From Candidatus Campbellbacteria bacterium (lineage in GTDB: Bacteria; Patescibacteriota; Minisyncoccia; Phycocordibacterales; EsbW-18), in assembly GCA_024653945.1 (NCBI GenBank), contig JANLIT010000004.1, forward strand, positions 13,281-77,280: a stretch of 64,000 bases of DNA. The letters are read 5' to 3'. This document shows, piece by piece, positions 46,344-55,786 of the stretch. The number at the start of each line of letters is the position of its first letter. Position 1 is the stretch's first letter. The notes beneath the pieces were generated by a model. The model ran no database searches and was not told the origin of the DNA. It was given only the letters and a program-made list of their open reading frames with translations. A program made the position numbers and the translations under genes.

Positions 46344-47279
46344 CTACAAATATGTTTCTTTATTTTGCTTGTGCTCTTCAAACGTCTCAGCATAGTGGGT
46401 TACCCCATCCTTTCCATTGAGGTAATACCAATATGGTGTCTTTGTTGGAGAAAGTGCCGCTTCAATGGCACTTCGTCCTGGGTTGCTAATCGGTGTTGGT
46501 GGAAGTCCAACTCGTGTGTATGAATTGTATGGAGAATCAAGTTCCAAATCTGCACTCGTCAATTCGTGTGACTCCTTTCCAAGTGTGTACGCAAACGTAG
46601 CATCAACTTGTAATGCCATGCCAACATCAAAACGCTTCCAGAGAATGCCGGACACGCTACGCTGATCTTCTCTCCCACGTGCCTCCTCTTCTATAATAGA
46701 TGCCATCGTTACTATTTCTTCCAAACTTCGACTTGATGATGCAATTGCATCTGCGTATTCGGCAAGAATGGTGTCTGATTTTTTGGAGAGTGTTGAGAGA
46801 ACATCTTCTGGTGTTGTGTTTACAAAAAAGAAATACGTATCAGGAAACAAAAATCCCTCTTGGGTGTATGCGAGTGAAAAAAACTTTTGTTTGTCAAATG
46901 CTGGCAGATTTTTTGAAAGAATATCAGCCATAGTGGCAACGGTGATGCCTTCAGGGAGCACTACTTTAATCTGTTCCAAACGATAGTCACCGTGCGTGAG
47001 GCGATATGCAACCGCGAGTGTTCCTTGTGGTTTTTTAAAAAGGTAATCTCCCGCTCGAATATTTTCTGCACCACCGATGACTTCTGTAAGCACCCTGAGT
47101 AATGTTGTTGATGTAATAATACGTGCGCCTTTAAGCAACGATGCAGCCTCTACAAACGAAGCACCTTCTGGGATATTCACCAAGGAGTGCTCTGGGAACG
47201 GCTTCGGCGTATGCAACAAAATCAAAAGAAGCACAACGCCACACACCACACCAATGTTCATCATCATATTTCGAGACAT
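46344..47279 (-). CDS. mltG: endolytic murein transglycosylase MltG (YceG-like)
   Basis: N-terminal TM helix; YceG-domain C-terminal motifs ...YNSYTRVGLPPTPISNPG... Confidence 0.75.
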   Translation of the reverse strand: MSRNMMMNIGVVCGVVLLLILLHTPKPFPEHSLVNIPEGASFVEAASLLKGARIITSTTLLRVLTEVIGGAENIRAGDYLFKKPQGTLAVAYRLTHGDYRLEQIKVVLPEGITVATMADILSKNLPAFDKQKFFSLAYTQEGFLFPDTYFFFVNTTPEDVLSTLSKKSDTILAEYADAIASSSRSLEEIVTMASIIEEEARGREDQRSVSGILWKRFDVGMALQVDATFAYTLGKESHELTSADLELDSPYNSYTRVGLPPTPISNPGRSAIEAALSPTKTPYWYYLNGKDGVTHYAETFEEHKQNKETYL

Positions 47280-47281
47280 AC

Positions 47282-48595
47282 CTATACAGGAAGATTCATT
47301 GGTGGCTCTGCTTTTTGTGATTCAATACGACCAAATGTTGGTGTTTCTACAACGCCTCCAGGGAAGTGAAAAATGGTTGCTAATTCTTCGGCATTAAGTA
47401 CAAACGGTTTTCGTTTGTAGGGTGCGTGAAAATAACTTCGTAAACGGTATGCCTCAAACATTTCCCGTTTCATTTTTGGAAGGCGTATTTTAAGTGGGTC
47501 CTGAATAATATAATCAAAACTTGTCCCTCGAACTTTTTTGAATCCGTTCAGGTGTGGTGTGTTGTACTGTGTCAGCACACCATTAAGCGCCCCTTTGTGT
47601 GACTTGTTGAAATAGTCTTTTTCCGCGACATACACTCCACGAATACCAACGTCAAACCCGAGCTTCGTTATGCTTCGTTCAAGTGCAGTTACAATATCTT
47701 TCTCCCCAGAAGTGAAGGTGACCAACGTACTTTCCTCATCATCATTTTTACCCTTTCCTTTGAGCGTTCTCTTGTCAATAATCTTCTTTATCTCACCCTT
47801 CACATCATCTTTCCACTTGTCAGTTTTTTCAAAGTGCTCTTTTGTCTTTTTTCCTATATCAAACACATCCTCAACCGACTTAAAATTAGCAAAAAATGAG
47901 CCTTCTTTGGTATCCTCTTTTTTGTGTGCACGAACAAGAATTTGTATCCATGCCTGTTCACCCTTACCCAAACCACCGAGATACTCTAGCACTGGGGCAA
48001 TGGGGTCAATTTTAAATTCCTCTTTTGGATCTCTATCCAAACCATAATCAATGTACGTTTTAATTGGGTACGGATCTGGTTTGTTGAGTATAAATTCTGC
48101 GGCATAGAGGTCCGCCACATCGGGGTCATACAAAAATGCCAGCGTGTAGTCAGGAACTTCAACGACTTCTGTTTTCGGATACTGTGCGTAGATATGATTT
48201 TGAATATTTTTAACACTATTTCTCCATGTCCAAATAAAAAACTTCACCTGGCCTTCAAGAGACACAAGCTCAAGAGAAAACCATGCACGCACACCACCGT
48301 CCCAATATTTTTCAAGAAGGTTACCTTCACCGGGAATCGAATAGAGTGAGTTGAGAGCCATTTCCATTGCTGCGGGTGACTTACTCACTTCTCGCGGAAC
48401 TTTAATTTCAAGAAGAACGGGTTCTTGTTTTGCCAAATATTTTGCCCTTCGATACCGCATCCACCCGCGCCACCCAGCATATCCAAACAGAATAGGTGCC
48501 CACAGAGGAGCAAGCTCAAACAAAAAACGGGAAGTGGTCCAGATGGGTTGTATACGTTCTAGAATATCGCCGAACATATAAGTATCATACCACAC
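47282..48595 (-). CDS. hypothetical protein (437 aa)
   Basis: Long ORF consistent with the coding strand of its neighbours; no family recognised by eye. Confidence 0.35.
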   Translation of the reverse strand: MWYDTYMFGDILERIQPIWTTSRFLFELAPLWAPILFGYAGWRGWMRYRRAKYLAKQEPVLLEIKVPREVSKSPAAMEMALNSLYSIPGEGNLLEKYWDGGVRAWFSLELVSLEGQVKFFIWTWRNSVKNIQNHIYAQYPKTEVVEVPDYTLAFLYDPDVADLYAAEFILNKPDPYPIKTYIDYGLDRDPKEEFKIDPIAPVLEYLGGLGKGEQAWIQILVRAHKKEDTKEGSFFANFKSVEDVFDIGKKTKEHFEKTDKWKDDVKGEIKKIIDKRTLKGKGKNDDEESTLVTFTSGEKDIVTALERSITKLGFDVGIRGVYVAEKDYFNKSHKGALNGVLTQYNTPHLNGFKKVRGTSFDYIIQDPLKIRLPKMKREMFEAYRLRSYFHAPYKRKPFVLNAEELATIFHFPGGVVETPTFGRIESQKAEPPMNLPV

Positions 48596-48640
48596 GCCCC
48601 CGCCTTCAAAATGAAGTGCGGGGGCTTTGGCGTGCCGAGA

Positions 48641-49711
48641 TTAGGCGAGAACGTAGGTTCCGTCTGGATTCTTAGAGAAATATTTTGAATCCTGAAGATT
48701 AACAAGAATAGTATTTGGCTTTACGTAACGCTCCTTGAGTACTTTTGCAACAACGTCATCTTTTGTAAGAGCACCGTGTTCTTTAAGAATTTTCGTAATA
48801 ACATCACGCACAACTCCCTGCATATATCCCCATTCCGCAAGTGCGTAGAGTCCGCGTCCCACGAGAACAAATCGGTCATCCTTAATAAGCTCGTTGTGTG
48901 TTGTCGCAACGTGCGCCTTCTTTTCAAAAAGTTCGTTGATTCGTTTAGCAACTTCGCTAAAGTGAAGTGGCGATCCGTGATTTCGAATAGCAAGATATGC
49001 AAAGTCACGAACTCCCTTTGGTGTAACATTTGGAGATGCTGAGTGTCCCCATTCTCCTAATGGATTACTGGAAACAACCTTTGACATAGTGAGCCATCGA
49101 CGTGTCATTTCTTCAGTGCGATATACTTCAGCAACATTTTTTAAATGTGAGAGAAATGTGGCGATAACGTCTGATTCAGAAACAAGTTCCTCGTATGAAA
49201 GTGATGCGTAGAGTTGTTTCAATGCCTCTTCAACTTTTTCTGCCAAGTCAGTATCTGCGTGCCAGCGATGTTCAAAGTGTTCATCTTCTTTTCTTTTTTC
49301 AAAATCTTCCCCAACAACCAAAATAAAGTGGAAGTGGTTTCGCACACCAGCATCAGCTGAGAGGTGTGCGAGAAAATGTTCCTCAGATGCAATGCCACCA
49401 AAAAACATGAGCTCTTCTTTCAGTTCTGCAAACGCATTTTTATCTTTTGTGTATGCATCCGATTTTCGGATACTGCCGAGAGCGTAATTTTCAATCTGAC
49501 GAACTCGTTCACGGGTAATACCATACAATTCGCCAATTGCCTCAAGTGTCATACGCTTCACCTTATCACCAAGACCATACCGTTTGATGAGAACATCCTG
49601 TGCACGTGCAGAAAGGGCACCAAGAAGACGCTTGGTTACCTGCTTTGAGTTAAAAGAAATTGCCGACTTTCGACCGGCAGATGGTGATACTTTTTTTAAG
49701 GTTTTTGACAT
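48641..49711 (-). CDS. DNA-binding protein with an N-terminal sigma-70 region-4-like HTH and a C-terminal HARE-HTH-like domain
   Basis: TLEAIGELYGITRERVRQIENYAL (region 4.2-like); C-terminal HFSEVAKRINELF...DDRFVLVGRGLYALAEWGY (HARE-HTH-like). Confidence 0.4.
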   Translation of the reverse strand: MSKTLKKVSPSAGRKSAISFNSKQVTKRLLGALSARAQDVLIKRYGLGDKVKRMTLEAIGELYGITRERVRQIENYALGSIRKSDAYTKDKNAFAELKEELMFFGGIASEEHFLAHLSADAGVRNHFHFILVVGEDFEKRKEDEHFEHRWHADTDLAEKVEEALKQLYASLSYEELVSESDVIATFLSHLKNVAEVYRTEEMTRRWLTMSKVVSSNPLGEWGHSASPNVTPKGVRDFAYLAIRNHGSPLHFSEVAKRINELFEKKAHVATTHNELIKDDRFVLVGRGLYALAEWGYMQGVVRDVITKILKEHGALTKDDVVAKVLKERYVKPNTILVNLQDSKYFSKNPDGTYVLA

Positions 49712-49770
49712 GCGTGTATTAGTTATCTATTGATTGATACCTGCTAGTCTATCACTCTTGGGGGATATCG

Positions 49771-52308
49771 TCAAGGCTCTCGCGTAACGATACTTATAAG
49801 GCGATTGGGGATAAAAATGACCTTCTCAACAGTAACTTTCTCTAGGTACCGAGACAGCTTTTCATCCTTATAAATTAAGGCCAAAACGTCATCTTGGGTC
49901 ACTCCGGGGATGGTCAAAACCTTACCCCGAACCTTACCGTTGACCTGCATTATAACATATATCTCTTTTTCTGCAAGTACTGACTCATCGTACGTCGGCC
50001 ACGCTTGTATATGAACAGAATCCTGATGCCCGAGCTGTTGCCAAAGCTCTTCGGTAATATGTGGGGCAAAGGGAGCAAGAATACGCGCGAAGGTTTCAAA
50101 AGCTTCTTGTGGTATTCCCCTTTCTTTCTCCAGAGCATTAAGACAAATCATGAGTGCCGAAACAGCGGTGTTAAACTTAAACGATTCTATTTCATCCGTC
50201 ACTTTCTTAATTGTTTGATGAAGAACTCGCTTACCACTCTCAGATAGCTCATCAGCGCCAATCTTACTTGCCATTTTCCATACTCGTTCAATAAATCTTC
50301 GTACTCCAATGATACCGTCGGAGCTCCAGGGATACGAACCAACTTCATTGTATGGTCCAATGAATGCAAGATACATACGAACGGTATCCGACCCAAGTTG
50401 TGCAACTACCGCATCTGGATCAATAACGTTTCCTTTACTCTTACTCATTTTGTTTCCATCAGGACCAAGAATGAGTCCGCGATTCATTCGCTTCAGGTAC
50501 GGTTCCGAGTCACGAACAAGCCCGAGGTCAAAAAGAACTTTGTGCCAAAATCGAGAATACAGCAAGTGCATTGTTGTGTGTTCGGCCCCACCAGAATAAA
50601 ACGCAACAGGCATCCACATATCTTGTTTTGCTCGGGACGCAAACTCTTTCTCATTCTTTGGGTCGGTGTATCGAAGAAAATACCACGAAGAATCAATGAA
50701 TGTATCCAACGTATCTGTTTCGCGTTGTGCATCTCCGCCACATGTTGGACACTTCACATTCACCCAACTTTCTGCTTTTGCGAGAGGCGACTTACCATCC
50801 CCCATTGGAAGATAGTCGTCAATTTCGGGAAGTATCACAGGAAGGTCTTTCTCTGGAACAGGAACTGGACCACATTTCTCACAATGGATAATTGGAATGG
50901 GACAACCCCAATATCGTTGACGTGACACAATCCAATCACGCATACGGTACGTTGTTTTCATTTCCCCACCAACAGATTCGGTAATTTCTCTTTTTACTTC
51001 TTCAGTATTTTTTCCATTGAATTGGTTTGAATTCACCAATACTCCGTGACCTTCGTAACAGCGCTCGCCTTTTTTTATCAAATCAAGCTCTGAAAGACGA
51101 TGTCGTTCCGAAGTTTGTGCTACTGTTTCGTCTTCTAATTGGTGAGGAGCAAACGTCGGATACCCCCACGTGTCTACATCGTGCTCGTTCAAAGGATCGA
51201 TAACGTGGACCATTGGCAACTCGTAACGCCGTGCAAACTCATAATCTCGTCTGTCGTGTGCAGGGACGGCCATAATGGCACCTGTCCCATATGATGCGAG
51301 TACGTAATCAGCAATAAATATTGGAATCTCTTCTTTGTTTGCTGGATTAATCGCAACAACACCCTCAAGCTTCACACCCGTCTTTTCTCTTCCCTCCGCC
51401 ATACGATCAATCTCCGCTTTCTTGCGTGACTCTGTCGCATATTTTTGCACTTCCGCAAAATTGGAAATAGTACCTTTTAGTTTTTCTACCAATTCATGCT
51501 CGGGTGCGAGCACAAGGTAGGTTGCACCAAATAGCGTGTCCGGACGAGTTGTAAACACCTCAACAAAATCTAATTTTTCGAATTTCGAATTTCGAATTTC
51601 GAATTTAATCTGTGCACCTTCTGACGCACCAATCCAATTTCGTTGTGCTTCTTTAATCGCTTCTGGATACTGGAGTGTGTCTAAGTCAGACAATAGTCGT
51701 GGTGCGTAGTCGGTAATTTTAAGATTCCATTGTTTCATCAAACGCTTCTCAACTTCTGTTTCACACCGTTCACAGTGTCCCGCAACCACTTGCTCATTTG
51801 CGAGCACCGTCTTGCATGAGGGACACCAGTTTACCTCCGTTTCTTTTTGATATGCCAAACCTTTATTGTAGATTTGCAGAAAGAGCCACTGTGTCCATTT
51901 GTAGTACGATGGATCACACGTCACCACTTCGCGCGACCAATCAAACGATGCACCCATTGAACGAAGTTGGTTGCGCATGTACTCAATATTGCCAAGTGTC
52001 CACTCGCGCGGATTCAATTTGTTTTTAATCGCAGCGTTTTCAGCGGGCAAACCGAATGCATCAAACCCCATTGGGTAGAGCACATTGAAACCCTTCATGC
52101 GTTTGTACCGCGCAAAAATATCTGGAACAGAAAATGCATACCAATGTCCCACATGCAGGTTTCCCGACGGATAGGGAAACTCAATTAACGAGTAGAACTT
52201 GGGGCGTTTGTCTTCATCCTGCGCACGGAAAAGCTCTTGCCTCTCCCACTCTTTACGCCATTTCTCTTCAATTTTTTTGTGGTCGTAGGATTCCATATAC
52301 GTAAACAC
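49771..52308 (-). CDS. leuS: leucyl-tRNA synthetase
   Basis: HIGH region YPSGNLHVGHWYAF; KMSKSKGN; editing (CP1) domain; an in-frame (gaaattc)x4 repeat at 51584-51612. Confidence 0.9.
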   Translation of the reverse strand: MFTYMESYDHKKIEEKWRKEWERQELFRAQDEDKRPKFYSLIEFPYPSGNLHVGHWYAFSVPDIFARYKRMKGFNVLYPMGFDAFGLPAENAAIKNKLNPREWTLGNIEYMRNQLRSMGASFDWSREVVTCDPSYYKWTQWLFLQIYNKGLAYQKETEVNWCPSCKTVLANEQVVAGHCERCETEVEKRLMKQWNLKITDYAPRLLSDLDTLQYPEAIKEAQRNWIGASEGAQIKFEIRNSKFEKLDFVEVFTTRPDTLFGATYLVLAPEHELVEKLKGTISNFAEVQKYATESRKKAEIDRMAEGREKTGVKLEGVVAINPANKEEIPIFIADYVLASYGTGAIMAVPAHDRRDYEFARRYELPMVHVIDPLNEHDVDTWGYPTFAPHQLEDETVAQTSERHRLSELDLIKKGERCYEGHGVLVNSNQFNGKNTEEVKREITESVGGEMKTTYRMRDWIVSRQRYWGCPIPIIHCEKCGPVPVPEKDLPVILPEIDDYLPMGDGKSPLAKAESWVNVKCPTCGGDAQRETDTLDTFIDSSWYFLRYTDPKNEKEFASRAKQDMWMPVAFYSGGAEHTTMHLLYSRFWHKVLFDLGLVRDSEPYLKRMNRGLILGPDGNKMSKSKGNVIDPDAVVAQLGSDTVRMYLAFIGPYNEVGSYPWSSDGIIGVRRFIERVWKMASKIGADELSESGKRVLHQTIKKVTDEIESFKFNTAVSALMICLNALEKERGIPQEAFETFARILAPFAPHITEELWQQLGHQDSVHIQAWPTYDESVLAEKEIYVIMQVNGKVRGKVLTIPGVTQDDVLALIYKDEKLSRYLEKVTVEKVIFIPNRLISIVTREP

Positions 52309-52332
52309 TATACTACACCACGCACTGAGGAT

Positions 52333-52372
52333 ATAAAAACAGCCTCGCCACAGCTGTGTGGCGAGGCTGTTT
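52333..52372 (-). terminator. hairpin terminator downstream of the 52381..53316 gene
   Basis: aaacagcctcgccacagctgtgtggcgaggctgttt perfect stem. Confidence 0.6.
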
Positions 52373-52380
52373 TTCTTATT

Positions 52381-53316
52381 TTACTGTTTATACACTGGAT
52401 ATGTTTTTGGATCTATTGTTCGTTCAAAACACACTCGTCCCGAATCGTGAACAAAGTTTCCACTCATACCCCCCATGTCGTAGTACACAGGTGCAGGTGC
52501 TGTTTTTGCCGAATCAAGATTTGCTTGAGCAAACGTCGCACACAATTCAAACGAAAGAGGTTTAAGCACCGTGTATTCATATGATTCTTGTGATTGTGGG
52601 TCAACGGGTGCGCGGTATCCACTAATATCATCAGAAAGTGCACCTAGAGTTGTTGGCAATGCGTTGTGCTTTTGGTAGTAAAGGGTAATCTCCTGTTGAA
52701 CACCCGAAAGGTCGTTCACTCGTTGTTCATCAAAACGAAGCGCACGAACTTGAGATGGTGAGCCCGCAACAACAAGTCCCCACACAACAACTCCAACAAC
52801 TCCAATGACGGCAAGCACGATGAGTGTTTTGTTTACTTTTGTATCCTTTGACTCTGCACGACGTAAATCATAGAAGTAGTAGGCAAAGATAATTCCAGCA
52901 ACAACAAATACTGAAAGCATTTTCCAAATAAACCGAGATGAAATTTCTCCACCAAGGTATGTATTCACCAGCGCGATAATGTCACCCGCAACCGCCGCAC
53001 CAGCAATAAAGAGTGTGAAGTACACAAACCATTTACGAATAGCGAGTTGATACTTGGCAACATCGCGAGCTATATCTTTTCGGATGAGCCACGAAAGCAC
53101 GATGTACAAAGGAAATGCAACAAGGAGTGTTGACATAGCAAATCGCATACCACTTGTTGCCCACGATGACATGTACTGTGGATTCAATGCGTCGGGAAGT
53201 AGGGTGTTGATAATACTAAAAAAAATCGCAATAAGGGCACCCGCAGATGCATAGAGCGCTACCGCCGTGCCAAGATACATAAAGAAGTCCTTTGGCGTCA
53301 TTTTTGGTTTATCCAT
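52381..53316 (-). CDS. hypothetical multi-pass membrane protein with a C-terminal soluble domain
   Basis: 4-5 TM helices; shares the 5' leader motif described in the findings. Confidence 0.4.
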   Translation of the reverse strand: MDKPKMTPKDFFMYLGTAVALYASAGALIAIFFSIINTLLPDALNPQYMSSWATSGMRFAMSTLLVAFPLYIVLSWLIRKDIARDVAKYQLAIRKWFVYFTLFIAGAAVAGDIIALVNTYLGGEISSRFIWKMLSVFVVAGIIFAYYFYDLRRAESKDTKVNKTLIVLAVIGVVGVVVWGLVVAGSPSQVRALRFDEQRVNDLSGVQQEITLYYQKHNALPTTLGALSDDISGYRAPVDPQSQESYEYTVLKPLSFELCATFAQANLDSAKTAPAPVYYDMGGMSGNFVHDSGRVCFERTIDPKTYPVYKQ

Positions 53317-53428
53317 ATAAATAGAAGTTAGTAGTAAGTAGTAAGTAGTTAGTAATTTCCTTGATTACACACCAAGTATACTCTGATTCTTGCCCAAAAT
53401 ACACGAAAATAGCGAGTCTAAAAAACAC

Positions 53429-53456
53429 TTGACAAACAAACATGGTCTGCTATACT
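53429..53456 (+). promoter_or_regulatory. strong sigma70-like promoter (TTGACA-N16-TATACT)
   Basis: ttgaca at 53429-53434 and tatact at 53451-53456. Confidence 0.55.
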
Positions 53457-53462
53457 GTATCT

Positions 53463-53915
53463 ACCTTCAGCAGGCACGGGTTGCCCAGCTTGCATGAGAA
53501 GGTATCGTTCTTCGTGGGACAGCCCAACGAGGCTCCCACAGACAACCAACTACAACAACCTGGCTCAAAAGGAGGTTCGAACTAGATACCCTTGGCTACC
53601 AAGAGCAAGGGCTGGTCAAACAAGTACTAGAAGAGTACCTCGCCACCGACAACACACGATCTTCTCGCTTCTTGTGAGACAGAACGGCGGTACCACTCAA
53701 AAGGAGGGCCTGCTAGTGCGTGATTAGTGAAGGCGCTTGCGAGTGTAAGGAGAGAGTTTCGCGCCGCGAAACTACAAATAAACCCTCTCACTTGACGGAC
53801 TGTTAGCGGGTGTCCGCATCAAGTACTCGCACAGCTTGAGTTAAAAAGGGTTGGATACACAGAGACGCAGTGCGGGGGCCGGGCAGTCAGCGATGACTCC
53901 CCGGCCCTTTTTCAT
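53463..53915 (+). ncRNA. candidate structured ncRNA of unknown class, bounded by a consensus promoter and a terminator
   Basis: About 450 nt with higher GC than its flanks; no convincing ORF (only an Arg-rich 77-aa frame); terminator hairpin gggccggg...cccggccc followed by TTTTTC at 53872-53915. Confidence 0.4.
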
Positions 53916-53993
53916 TTCATGCAACATTTTCAGACGTCCGACTTCTCTACAGGAAGGTCGGGCTCCCTTGTTACATGTTACATGACTTGTAAA

Positions 53994-55088
53994 CTAGATT
54001 TTAAACTCGACGACGTCGCCGTCTTTGACGATGTATTCCTTCCCTTCTGTACGTACCAAACCCTTTTCACGAGCTGTTGCGTATGAGCCGGCATCAATTA
54101 AATCTTTCCAAAAAACAACCTCAGCACGAATAAATTTTTGTAAAAAGTCCGTGTGAATCGCAGCGCCAGCTTGCGGTGCAGTGCTTCCCTTCTTTATTGT
54201 CCACGCACGTGTTTCATCTTCTCCAGTCGTCAAGAATGTCATCAAATCAAGAAGTGTAAAACCAGAAACAATTAAATCATCAATACCACCACGTACTGAA
54301 AGCTCTGTGCGCATGGCAACACGCTCGTCATATTCCATATCTTTCAAATCAGATTCTGTATTTGCGTCCACCACAACCCATACCGCTTTTTCTTTTTCAA
54401 AAAATGCAAGCAATGCCGTCCACCGTTCATCTTTGAGTTCATCTAAATTTTTTCCACCTGATTGTGTGTTAAGTGCGTAGAGCATCTTTTTCATCGTCAA
54501 AAGGTTGAGGAGTTTCACTTTTTCAAACTCTTCTTCGGTGAGTGCTGTGGTTCGAGCAAATGCCTCGGATTCAAGCACTACCTTCACCTTCTCCAGCCCG
54601 TCTTTCTCAACCTGTGCCTCACGTGAGCCACTACGGACCTCCTTCTCAACACTTCCGAGACGCTTCGTTACTACCTGCATATCTGCCAAAATAAGCTCTA
54701 AATTAATCACCCCAATGTCTCGTACTGGGTCAATGGTGTTTGATACGTGAATAATGTCAGCATTTTCAAATATACGCACCACCTGCACAATCGCATCAAC
54801 TTCGCGAATGTGGGAGAGAAATTGGTTTCCAAGTCCCTGCCCTTCCGATGCGCCCTTTACAAGTCCCGCGATGTCCACAAACTCAACGGCCGCAGGAATT
54901 GTTTTTTTTGATTGTGAAAACGTTGAAAGAACGGTGAGACGTTCGTCGGGTACTCGAACAACACCAACTGACGGATCAATGGTGCAGAACGGATAATTTG
55001 CGGCATCAACACTTTGACGTGTAAGCGCATTAAAAAGCGTCGACTTACCAACGTTGGGAAGACCAACAATACCAAGCGAGAGTCCCAT
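53994..55088 (-). CDS. ychF: ribosome-binding ATPase YchF (Obg-family GTPase)
   Basis: GIVGLPNVGKSTLFNALT; YchF-specific coiled-coil and TGS domains; 364 aa. Confidence 0.85.
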   Translation of the reverse strand: MGLSLGIVGLPNVGKSTLFNALTRQSVDAANYPFCTIDPSVGVVRVPDERLTVLSTFSQSKKTIPAAVEFVDIAGLVKGASEGQGLGNQFLSHIREVDAIVQVVRIFENADIIHVSNTIDPVRDIGVINLELILADMQVVTKRLGSVEKEVRSGSREAQVEKDGLEKVKVVLESEAFARTTALTEEEFEKVKLLNLLTMKKMLYALNTQSGGKNLDELKDERWTALLAFFEKEKAVWVVVDANTESDLKDMEYDERVAMRTELSVRGGIDDLIVSGFTLLDLMTFLTTGEDETRAWTIKKGSTAPQAGAAIHTDFLQKFIRAEVVFWKDLIDAGSYATAREKGLVRTEGKEYIVKDGDVVEFKI

Positions 55089-55090
55089 AA

Positions 55091-55327
55091 TTATTTTGAA
55101 TCCTGCATTAAGGTGTGCAATTCAACTTCGTGAGATGCAAAAACAGCTTGGGCTGCGGCCATTTGCTCCATACCACTGTTCGTTTTTTCTTGAACCTCTT
55201 GTGCAATACGTACAAAAAGGTCTGGGTCTTTTTCAAGCATACGCATAAACATATCGCGTTGCTCGGGAGGTAACCCTTCGAGTTGTTTCTGTGCGAGTTT
55301 TTGTAGCAATAATCCTGAAATACTCAT
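55091..55327 (-). CDS. hypothetical small helical protein
   Basis: ORF co-directional with and directly upstream of ychF. Confidence 0.3.
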   Translation of the reverse strand: MSISGLLLQKLAQKQLEGLPPEQRDMFMRMLEKDPDLFVRIAQEVQEKTNSGMEQMAAAQAVFASHEVELHTLMQDSK

Positions 55328-55404
55328 AGTAGTACTAGGCAGACTAGCATAGACAAAAACAAAACACCACTCGCATACGGGTGGTGTTTTGCAAAACGAA
55401 AAAA

Positions 55405-55629
55405 TTAGTTTGTCGTTGTTGTAGTAGAAGTTGTTACTTCTGTTGTTGTGCCAGTTGTTCCATCATCACTTGTAGTTGCAACAACAGTTGTTGTTTCTAC
55501 TGTTGTCTCATCTACAATCACATCAGACACATCCTTCTTGTTTGTGAAGAAGAGAACACCTGCGAGAATGAGAAGAACAACAATGATGAGGATCGTAACA
55601 CCCGCTCCTCCTTTTTGTGTTGAAGTCAT
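55405..55629 (-). CDS. hypothetical small membrane protein with a Thr-rich tail
   Basis: N-terminal TM helix; TTxT-rich low-complexity C-terminus. Confidence 0.35.
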   Translation of the reverse strand: MTSTQKGGAGVTILIIVVLLILAGVLFFTNKKDVSDVIVDETTVETTTVVATTSDDGTTGTTTEVTTSTTTTTN

Positions 55630-55786
55630 GTCAAAAAATTACGATTAATAAAACGGGTGCCACACTAAACATCACTGTCCATGAACGACACCAGATTTGT
55701 ACCCACAACTATAGCACAGACAGCCCCCAAAAGCAAAACCCGCACGTGTGTGCAGGTTCTGCTTTTAGATATATTTTTCTAAAGAA

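Noticed and set aside
53494-53727. 77-aa Arg-rich ORF inside the ncRNA candidate
   Set aside because: Extreme Arg/Thr/Pro content, no start context, and it lies within a promoter/terminator-bounded GC-rich structured segment. Judged non-coding, though this is not proven.
53463-53915. tmRNA (ssrA) assignment for the promoter-to-terminator ncRNA candidate
   Set aside because: There is no T-arm (GGTTCGAnTCC) or acceptor strand near the 3' end and no 5' GGGG acceptor partner. The putative tag frame ends ...SRFL, not the usual ...LAA. It stays as an unclassified ncRNA.
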